A DNA stretch of 32,000 nt from Candidatus Omnitrophota bacterium (GTDB lineage Bacteria > Omnitrophota > Gorgyraeia > Zapsychrales > JANLHA01). Made by a program: the position numbers and the translations under genes. This document shows, in pieces, positions 8,891 to 15,945 of this stretch. Location: NCBI GenBank assembly GCA_963662715.1, contig OY759724.1:2580001-2612000 (forward strand), read 5' to 3'. Every line of letters starts with the position of its first letter. Positions within the stretch are counted from its first letter, which is position 1. The notes beneath the pieces were generated by a model. The model did not search any database, was not told where the DNA came from, and saw nothing but the letters and a program-made list of their open reading frames with translations.

Positions 8891-9613
8891 GTGAAAAGAT
8901 TGATTTGTTGGGTGATTCTTCTAAGTTGTGTTGGGATACGCCCGGCGTTTGCCGGGAATGTCTATGCCGATAATCTTGTTGTTATTATTGACTGTTCCGG
9001 CTCTATGCAGGGACAAAAGCTCAAAGAAGCCAAAACAGCCTTGCGGGAGGTCCTCAACAGCATTCCCCGCTCAGTTCATATCGGCTTATTGGCTTTCGGC
9101 GGCAGCCAGGGATGGCAGTTCAACCTGGGGCCGCGGGATGATTCGTACCTTAATCTGGCGATAGATAAACTGCAGGCCGACGGCAACACGCCTCTGGGGG
9201 AGTACATGAAATATGGTGCGGACCGTCTTCTGCAGCAAAAAGAAACTCAGCTGGGATACGGCAATTACCGGCTGCTGATTATAACTGACGGGGAAGCCTC
9301 TGATCCCAAAGCCGTAGAGAAATATACTCCTGAAATTATGGCGAGAGGAATATCTGTGGACGTCATCGGAGTCTACATGAACAAAGCCCACAGTTTGGCG
9401 ACGAAAGTTCATTCTTATCGGGAAGCCAGAGACGCGGCGACATTAAAAAAGGCTATTAAGGAAGTTGTGGCGGAAATAGAAGAACAGAAAAACGATACCG
9501 GGACGGACACGGCATTCTCAGACCTTGCCCCTTTGCCGGATGAGATGATCGTTGAGATTATTAAAGCCCTGACGGCGGCTCCGCTGTATCCCATAGGCAA
9601 CAGGGGGCAATAA
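8891..9613 (+). CDS. Secreted von Willebrand factor A (VWA) domain protein with intact MIDAS
   Basis: GTG start, 5 nt after GGAGG (8881-8885). Signal peptide MKRLICWVILLSCVGIRPAFA|GN. MIDAS residues: DCSGSM (DxSxS), ADGNTPLGE (Thr), LLIITDGEASD (Asp). Confidence 0.85.
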   Translation: MKRLICWVILLSCVGIRPAFAGNVYADNLVVIIDCSGSMQGQKLKEAKTALREVLNSIPRSVHIGLLAFGGSQGWQFNLGPRDDSYLNLAIDKLQADGNTPLGEYMKYGADRLLQQKETQLGYGNYRLLIITDGEASDPKAVEKYTPEIMARGISVDVIGVYMNKAHSLATKVHSYREARDAATLKKAIKEVVAEIEEQKNDTGTDTAFSDLAPLPDEMIVEIIKALTAAPLYPIGNRGQ

Positions 9614-9636
9614 CCTAAGAACGGGGACTTGAATTT

Positions 9637-11205
9637 ATGGGGAATAATTCGTCTAAATGGATCGGTATCCTTGTCATGTGGTGTGTTCTTTTGGCTTTTG
9701 GATTAGCGGTCATTTTTAAATATGTTTTTAAGCCGCATCAGGATAAGAAACTGGAACAAATGACTTCGGCTGTCAGCCAGTATGAGCATGAGGTGACGGT
9801 CAACCTGGACAGCTTTTCCGGATACAGCATCCTCCGGTCCGATGTTTTTAAAGAAGAATTGAAAGCGGCTAAAATCCGGGTGGCTTTTCAGGATGACGGC
9901 GCGGATTATCACAATAGAATACGGGCCCTGGAAGAAGGGGCGTGCCAGTTTGCTGTTTTTACCGTAGATTCCCTTATCACCTCTTCCGTTGAGCTCGGGT
10001 CCTGGCCGGGGACAATTGTCTTGGCCATAGATGAGTCCCATGGGGCGGACGCCGTTATAGCTTACAAAGCAAGCATGCCCAATCTCAACAGCCTGGATGA
10101 CCCTGACGCCAGAGTTGTTCTTACGCCGAATTCACCGAGTGAATTTATGGCGAGGATCATCAAAGCCCATTTCAGCCTGAAAGATTTATCCAAGAAATAT
10201 ATTGTTCCGGCAGACGGCTCAAGCGATGTTTACGAAAGATTCAAAGACGCTGCGCCTTCGGTCAAACAGGCTTTTATCATGTGGGAACCGGAAGTCTCCA
10301 AAGCCCTGGAGGTTCCCGGCGCTCACGTTCTGCTGGATTCGTCGAAAATCAAAGGGCATATTTTTGACGTCCTGGTTGTCCAGCGGGAGTTCCTGGCCGA
10401 TTTCCCTTCCACCGCCCAAAAAGTGATTGAAGCGTACCTGCGGGCCGCGTACGCGTACCGGCAGTCGATGACAGAGCTTGTTTTAAAGGACGCGAAAGCA
10501 ACGGGAAGCCGTTTGACGCAGGCCCAGGCGGAGAAAATTGTCCGGGGGATCAGGTGGAAGAACAGCATCGAGAACTATGCCCATTTTGGCTTGTTGGAAA
10601 AAGACGCGACGAAGGGGCTGGATCATATCGAAGATATTATCCAAAAGATTACGGATGTCCTGGTTAATACCGGCGCTCTGGATTCCGACCCTTTTTCCGG
10701 AAGTTATCACAAGTTGTTTTATGACAAGCTGCTCAGTAATCTCAAACATGAAAATTTCCATCCCGGGAGGAAGGTTAATCTTTTGGCCGGTGATATGGGC
10801 CTTTCGAACGATGAAGTTATCCGCGGGACGAAGGCACTGGCGCCTTTAACAGACCAGGAATGGGAACAGCTTGTCCCGGTCGGACGCATGAAGATCAATC
10901 CGGTCAGTTTCGGCCGGGGAAAATCAAGTGTCGGCATTCAGAGTCAGCGGGATCTGAAAAAATTGTCGGAAAAGATAAAATCCTGGCCGAGCTATTATCT
11001 GTTGGTTGTAGGGCATGCCAGAAAAGAAGGGGATCCTCAGCTGAACCGTCAGCTGGCCAAGGAACGGGCGGAAGTCGTTAAGATGTTCCTGATTGATGAC
11101 TGCGGGATTAACGCGAACCGGGTCCGGGCTAAAGCCGCCAAAGTTTTTAACAGGGGAGGCTCGGGTCAATCTGTTTCTTTTGTCGTTGGGCAGATGCCCT
11201 ATTAG
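9637..11205 (+). CDS. Inner-membrane-anchored fusion protein: solute-binding-like domain + C-terminal OmpA/MotB-like domain
   Basis: 522 aa. Single N-terminal TM helix WIGILVMWCVLLAFGLAVIF. The central domain is paralogous to the 12982 binding protein (ESHGADAVIAYKAS versus TSFGADALIVSDKI; DYHNRIRALEEGACQFAVFT versus DYDSTIQLYASGQADAVCIT). C-terminal OmpA-like motifs: YLLVVGHARKEGDPQLNRQLAKERAEVVKMFL, NRVRAKA, SVSFVVG. Confidence 0.8.
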   Translation: MGNNSSKWIGILVMWCVLLAFGLAVIFKYVFKPHQDKKLEQMTSAVSQYEHEVTVNLDSFSGYSILRSDVFKEELKAAKIRVAFQDDGADYHNRIRALEEGACQFAVFTVDSLITSSVELGSWPGTIVLAIDESHGADAVIAYKASMPNLNSLDDPDARVVLTPNSPSEFMARIIKAHFSLKDLSKKYIVPADGSSDVYERFKDAAPSVKQAFIMWEPEVSKALEVPGAHVLLDSSKIKGHIFDVLVVQREFLADFPSTAQKVIEAYLRAAYAYRQSMTELVLKDAKATGSRLTQAQAEKIVRGIRWKNSIENYAHFGLLEKDATKGLDHIEDIIQKITDVLVNTGALDSDPFSGSYHKLFYDKLLSNLKHENFHPGRKVNLLAGDMGLSNDEVIRGTKALAPLTDQEWEQLVPVGRMKINPVSFGRGKSSVGIQSQRDLKKLSEKIKSWPSYYLLVVGHARKEGDPQLNRQLAKERAEVVKMFLIDDCGINANRVRAKAAKVFNRGGSGQSVSFVVGQMPY

Positions 11206-11300
11206 CCTGGCCGGCATATCAGCGATATTAAATTATGAATCTCAGGGCAGATTTGATAAATTGACTAAAAAAAGTTCCTGAACATCAAGATCATCAAGTC

Positions 11301-12044
11301 ATGGGTATAAATAAAAAACGACTGTGGTGGAAGTTTTTTCAAATCCTTTTTGCAAAGATACCAGTCGTCCTGAGTGTGGGAATTACGGTTATCCTGTTTC
11401 TGGCGGGATGGGCTATTAATTTCAGAGGAGCTTTGTTAAATGCTTTCATATGGATTATGTCTTTGATAACATTGGGGACGATAGGCCATCTTTTTATCCT
11501 CTCCGGGGATCAAATGGCCAGGCAGGCTATGCAGGATTTAAAAAAAGAGGCGGATGATTCAAGGCAGGAAAGACTGGATGACCTTTATGACCGGCTGGCC
11601 AAGGACCGGGATCCGCGGACGCACCGCGCTTTAAAAGAATTGCGGGAACTGGCGGCGGCGGTAAAAGACAGTGCCACTGAAGAATCGACGCTGGACGCCC
11701 GTTCAAAGTTTGAGATGGATTATAAGGTCGAGCAGCTTTTTCAGAAATGTGTGAACCGGCTCGAAAAATCTTTAAAGTTATTAAAGAATGCCCAGGCCAT
11801 CTCGAATCAAGACGTTAAAGAAAAGCTGCTGTCTTTGCGAGAGAACCTTTTAGAGGAAGTGCAGAAGACTATTCGCTATTTGGGGGAAATCCTGACCAGG
11901 ATCCAGGTCCTGCATCAAAAAGAAACATCCGATGATTCCGATATGAAGAATATCATGTCAGATCTTGAAGAGGGGCTGGCCGTCGCGGAGAGAGTCGATT
12001 TGAAGATGAAAGAGCTGGAGCAAAATAAAGACGTTCTGGAATAA
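11301..12044 (+). CDS. Two-TM membrane protein with long cytoplasmic coiled-coil tail, unknown family
   Basis: 247 aa. Basic N-terminus (KKRLWWK). Two hydrophobic helices: IPVVLSVGITVILFLAGWAI and ALLNAFIWIMSLITLGTIGHLFIL. About 170 aa of charged heptad-like sequence follow. The RBS is weak. It sits directly upstream of the PspA-like gene. Confidence 0.65.
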   Translation: MGINKKRLWWKFFQILFAKIPVVLSVGITVILFLAGWAINFRGALLNAFIWIMSLITLGTIGHLFILSGDQMARQAMQDLKKEADDSRQERLDDLYDRLAKDRDPRTHRALKELRELAAAVKDSATEESTLDARSKFEMDYKVEQLFQKCVNRLEKSLKLLKNAQAISNQDVKEKLLSLRENLLEEVQKTIRYLGEILTRIQVLHQKETSDDSDMKNIMSDLEEGLAVAERVDLKMKELEQNKDVLE

Positions 12045-12112
12045 AACCCAGTTTTCATATAAGAAGCTGTTGCTAAGATAAAAGTTAACATCATTAAACA
12101 GGAGGCATTCCT

Positions 12113-12952
12113 ATGTTTAGAGCTATCGGGAAACTTTTCAAAACGATCGGTTACGCTCTGACCGGACGGATTAATGAGATTAGTGAAATTTGGGGAGAGG
12201 ATCCTTATGTCGTTGGTGAGAAATACAACTCCATCCTGGAGGAAAAGAAGGCCCGTTACCAGACGATTACCAGGGCTGTTTCCCGTCTCATGACGTCCTT
12301 GGACAAGAAGAAGAAACAACTGGAAGCGTACCGGCAACAGGCCGAAGCAAAAGAGAAGATGATGAAGGGGGCTAAGATTGCGGGACAAAAACGTGCGCGG
12401 GAGTTAAAAAGCCAAGGGATGACAATTGAGAAGATAAAATCCGATGAAAAGATCAAGGAATTCGCCGCAAAACGAAATGATGCCAGCTCTTCGTTGACCC
12501 TGTTGCAGAACGACATTAGTAATCTTGAGACGGAAATTGAAGAAGATACCCGGGAGCTGAAGTCCTTTGAAAGGGATATCAAGCAAATGCAGCGGGAGTT
12601 TGAAAACTTGCAGCAGGAACGGGACCGGGCCATCGCCAAAGTCGCTTCGGCCAAGGAGAGAAAAGATCTATATGAGATGAAGGCCGGCATCAGTAATGAT
12701 GAGACGGCAGAGCTTTTAAAAGAGGTGAGGGACTCGGTCAGTAATGTGGAGAATTTAACCAAATTGGCTGCGAAAACGTCAGGCTATGAAAATAAGGCCG
12801 AGGAAGAAGAATTGATCGCGCTCGCAGAGTCAGGAGGTGAAGAGGAGTTTTTCAATGAGATCGGATTGAGCGAGGACCCAACGCTTTCTGCCGACGTCGA
12901 AAAGAAAGAGAAACCCAAGGTGGCAGAGGGCGGAGATCAGTATCAAGAATAA
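12113..12952 (+). CDS. PspA/IM30/Vipp1-family (ESCRT-III superfamily) coiled-coil protein
   Basis: SD GGAGG lies 7 nt upstream. The N-terminus MFRAIGKLFKTIGYALTGRINEISEIWGEDPYVV aligns by eye with E. coli PspA [29 protein letters not shown] (amphipathic helix followed by the EDP motif). Then ~200 aa of coiled coil and an acidic tail (EEEELIALAESGGEEEFFNEIGLSEDP). Confidence 0.7.
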   Translation: MFRAIGKLFKTIGYALTGRINEISEIWGEDPYVVGEKYNSILEEKKARYQTITRAVSRLMTSLDKKKKQLEAYRQQAEAKEKMMKGAKIAGQKRARELKSQGMTIEKIKSDEKIKEFAAKRNDASSSLTLLQNDISNLETEIEEDTRELKSFERDIKQMQREFENLQQERDRAIAKVASAKERKDLYEMKAGISNDETAELLKEVRDSVSNVENLTKLAAKTSGYENKAEEEELIALAESGGEEEFFNEIGLSEDPTLSADVEKKEKPKVAEGGDQYQE

Positions 12953-12981
12953 ATGGACCGGTTTTTTAAAAGCAGGAGGTT

Positions 12982-14043
12982 ATGATGAAAAAAGTTTTTG
13001 TATGGCTGTCGTTTTTTGCTGTGTTGAGTTTTTTGTTAAGCGCGAGCCCTGTCAGGGCCCAGGAGTACCCGGCCTTCACTTTAGCCTGGAGTGAATATCC
13101 GTCATGGAGCACTTTTGGCGTTCTGCATGAAGCCGGTGTCATAAACGGGGCTTTAGGAAAAGTCGGCCCGGTAGAGGAGAAATGGGGAGTCGACATCGTT
13201 TTGGAAGAAATGGATTATGATTCTACGATTCAATTGTACGCTTCGGGACAAGCCGATGCCGTGTGTATTACGAATATGGATATTTTAAGCCCTTCGCTGT
13301 CCTTGAATTCCGTGGCCGTCTTGCCCACATCGACCTCTTTCGGGGCGGATGCTCTTATTGTGTCGGATAAAATTAAAGATTTTAATGACCTGAAGAAAGT
13401 CAATGTCGCGGGGCTTGATTTAAGTGTTTCGAGTTACACGTTTGATGCTAACCTGGAACTGCAGGGAGAAAATCCGGACCAGTATAGGTTTGTGAACATG
13501 GATCCGGCTACCGCGGCTCTCCAGTTTCAGCAGGGGGCCTTGGATGCCATTGTCGTCTGGAATCCTTTTGTGCTTGATACGTTAGAAAAAAGGAGCGATT
13601 CCCGGGTCATGTTTGATTCTACGTCCATCCCCGGAGAAATCATTGATATGGTTGTCGTGAGCCAGGCGTCGTTGGCCAAACCCCAGGGCAAGGCCTTTGC
13701 CTCGGCCGTAATCGACGCTTTTTATGAGTTAAATAAAATGCTGGCTGACCCGGCGGAAGGTGACGACACGCTTATTGCTTTAGGGGAAAAATTCAGCAAC
13801 CTGGGCCTGCAGAGCATGCGTAAAGTTGTTAAACAAACCAAGTTTTACAGTACGCCTGAGGAGGCTTTGCAGTTATTGGAGGGGGAGCAGTTGAAGGCGA
13901 CGATGAAGAAAGTCGTGGCCTATTGTGTGAAAAGAGAAATTGTCGAGCAGGCCCCGATGGTGACTTTCGGGACGCAGCAGCAGGGGAATCTGCTTTTTGA
14001 TTCCTCCTATATCAAGAATGTCATGGCAACCCCCAAGGAATAA
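12982..14043 (+). CDS. ABC transporter periplasmic substrate-binding protein (NitT/TauT, NMT1/SsuA-like)
   Basis: AGGAGG at 12974-12979. ATGs at 12982 and 12985; 12985 has the better spacing. Signal peptide VWLSFFAVLSFLLSASPVRA|QE. It directly precedes a cognate permease and ATPase. The substrate cannot be inferred. Confidence 0.8.
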   Translation: MMKKVFVWLSFFAVLSFLLSASPVRAQEYPAFTLAWSEYPSWSTFGVLHEAGVINGALGKVGPVEEKWGVDIVLEEMDYDSTIQLYASGQADAVCITNMDILSPSLSLNSVAVLPTSTSFGADALIVSDKIKDFNDLKKVNVAGLDLSVSSYTFDANLELQGENPDQYRFVNMDPATAALQFQQGALDAIVVWNPFVLDTLEKRSDSRVMFDSTSIPGEIIDMVVVSQASLAKPQGKAFASAVIDAFYELNKMLADPAEGDDTLIALGEKFSNLGLQSMRKVVKQTKFYSTPEEALQLLEGEQLKATMKKVVAYCVKREIVEQAPMVTFGTQQQGNLLFDSSYIKNVMATPKE

Positions 14044-14049
14044 ACTTTC

Positions 14050-14856
14050 ATGATCGGACCATCTTTGAAGCCTGTGCCCAGAATAATGATTATGGCGGCC
14101 TCTGTCATGATCATTATTCTGGGATACACATATCTGGCCCACAAACAGCACATCAAAAATCCTAAGGACAAAACGATCCCGACTTGGGTTCAGCTTAAAG
14201 AAGGCGTGGAGAAGATCTTCGAAAAGAATAAACGTTCGGGAGAACGTTGGATCGTTGTCGATGCCCAGGCTTCAGCCCGCAGGCTTTTCCTGGGGCTTCT
14301 TTGGGGCATTGCCGGGGCTGTTGCGGTCGGATTGGCGATAGGGTGTTTCCCGGTCATGGAAGCGGTTTTTGCCCCGTCTTTAGCGATTCTTGCCAAGCTT
14401 CCTCCGACGGCCGCCTTGGCTTTGTTTTTTGTTATGCTGGGGACGGGTACCAGTATGTTTGTCGGTATTATTGTTGTCGGTATTCTGCCGGTTCTGGCGC
14501 AAAGCATTTATCTGGCGATCAAGGATGTTCCCAGAGAATTAATTGATAAAGCGACGACGTTAGGCGCTTCCCGTCCCGAACTTGTTTGGAACGTCATTGT
14601 TTTCCATGTCCTGCCGCAGATCATCAACGCCATCCGGCTGCAGATCGGCCCGGCGCTTGTTTACCTGATCGCGGCGGAATATGCGACAGCGCATATCGGT
14701 TTCGGGTACCGGCTGCGTTTACAGGCACGGCTGGTCAATATGGATGTGGTTTATCCTTATTTGGCTATTCTTATTATTTTCGGTTTCTTGATGGACGGGG
14801 TTCTTAAATACGCCATGAACCGGTTGTGCCGATGGTATGAATATGAAGGGCGGTAA
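14050..14856 (+). CDS. ABC transporter permease (NitT/TauT family, SsuC/TauC-like)
   Basis: 268 aa, about six hydrophobic helices. Conserved cytoplasmic-loop region LIDKATTLGASRPELVWNVIVFHVLPQI, then LIAAEYATAHIGFGYRL. It starts 6 nt after the upstream stop and abuts the downstream ATG. Confidence 0.85.
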   Translation: MIGPSLKPVPRIMIMAASVMIIILGYTYLAHKQHIKNPKDKTIPTWVQLKEGVEKIFEKNKRSGERWIVVDAQASARRLFLGLLWGIAGAVAVGLAIGCFPVMEAVFAPSLAILAKLPPTAALALFFVMLGTGTSMFVGIIVVGILPVLAQSIYLAIKDVPRELIDKATTLGASRPELVWNVIVFHVLPQIINAIRLQIGPALVYLIAAEYATAHIGFGYRLRLQARLVNMDVVYPYLAILIIFGFLMDGVLKYAMNRLCRWYEYEGR

Positions 14857-15813
14857 ATGTTGAATGAAATCGTAATGGACATTAAGGATGTGAGCCATTC
14901 CTTCGGGAAAGGCCCGAAACGGAATCGTGTCCTGCACAATATTAATTTAAAAATCAGGGAAGGGCAGATTGTGTCTGTTGTGGGACCTTCCGGCTGCGGG
15001 AAATCGGTGCTGTTGCGTGCGATTCTCGGAACCCACCCTCCGGAACAAGGGCAGATTGTCGTTTACTCCGGACTTCAGAATGAGATTGCCAATTTAAGAT
15101 TAAAACCGGACAGAAATATCGGTATTGTTTATCAGCGGTACAGCCTGTTCCCGTTCTTAACGGCTATTGAAAATGTCGCGTTTGGTCTTATGCTGGATCA
15201 AACGGGTATTTTGGGCCGGCTGTTTCATCCTTGGAAATGGCGGAAGATGAGGAAAGGGCATTTTGCTCAGGCCGCGGAATTATTGGAGAAACTGAAGCTC
15301 AAAGAGGCCATGCACCGCTATCCGTCCCAATTGTCGGGAGGCATGTGTCAGCGAGTGGCCATTGCACAGGCCCTTATTATGAAACCGCGGATTTTGCTGT
15401 TGGATGAGCCGTTCGGCGCCTTGGATGAAGCGACCAGAGCGGAATTGCAGGATCTTGTCCTGCGGTTATACATAGAAAATACGTCAGCGAGGCAAAAAAA
15501 GCAAAAACCCCCGTATACAATTATGATTGTTACACACGAGTTAAATGAAGCGATACGGGTCGGTGACCGGGTTATAGGGTTATCGATGTACTGGAACTGG
15601 AGGCAGGAAATCCAGTCTTTCCCCGGCACAACGATCGTTTATGATAAAAGTGCGCCCGTTTTTCTGCCTGAGGAACCGGTCGATTATTCAAAATTGCAGG
15701 AGCAGAAGGACGAGATCGCTAAAGCTGTTTTTGATCCTGCTTATTGCCAGGACCGTGATGAGTTCAGGAAATTTTGGGTCGAACAGCAGATCAATACGAC
15801 AACGATCCTGTAA
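14857..15813 (+). CDS. ABC transporter ATP-binding protein (NitT/TauT family)
   Basis: Walker A GPSGCGKS, Q-loop VYQRYSLFP, signature LSGGMCQR, Walker B ILLLDEPFGALD, H-loop VTHE. At 318 aa it is longer than I would expect for this family. The extra length sits in the helical subdomain, after Walker B, and in a ~60-aa C-terminal tail. Confidence 0.9.
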   Translation: MLNEIVMDIKDVSHSFGKGPKRNRVLHNINLKIREGQIVSVVGPSGCGKSVLLRAILGTHPPEQGQIVVYSGLQNEIANLRLKPDRNIGIVYQRYSLFPFLTAIENVAFGLMLDQTGILGRLFHPWKWRKMRKGHFAQAAELLEKLKLKEAMHRYPSQLSGGMCQRVAIAQALIMKPRILLLDEPFGALDEATRAELQDLVLRLYIENTSARQKKQKPPYTIMIVTHELNEAIRVGDRVIGLSMYWNWRQEIQSFPGTTIVYDKSAPVFLPEEPVDYSKLQEQKDEIAKAVFDPAYCQDRDEFRKFWVEQQINTTTIL

Positions 15814-15945
15814 GGGCCCGGCCCCGCCGTCAGGGCACCGGCATTTAAGCTGTATTTGAATGAAACATGAAGCAAGGTTGTGAATTTTGGTAGAAGCATC
15901 AGAAGCCTGCGACCCTAAACGTCGCACAGAAAAGGATGGATATAA

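Noticed and set aside
15814-15945. A GC-rich stretch after the ABC ATPase stop, and a small hairpin GCGAC/GTCGC (about 15909-15925) just before the AAA+ RBS.
   Set aside because: The stems are only 4-5 bp and have no T-run. That is insufficient to call a terminator or a translational control element.
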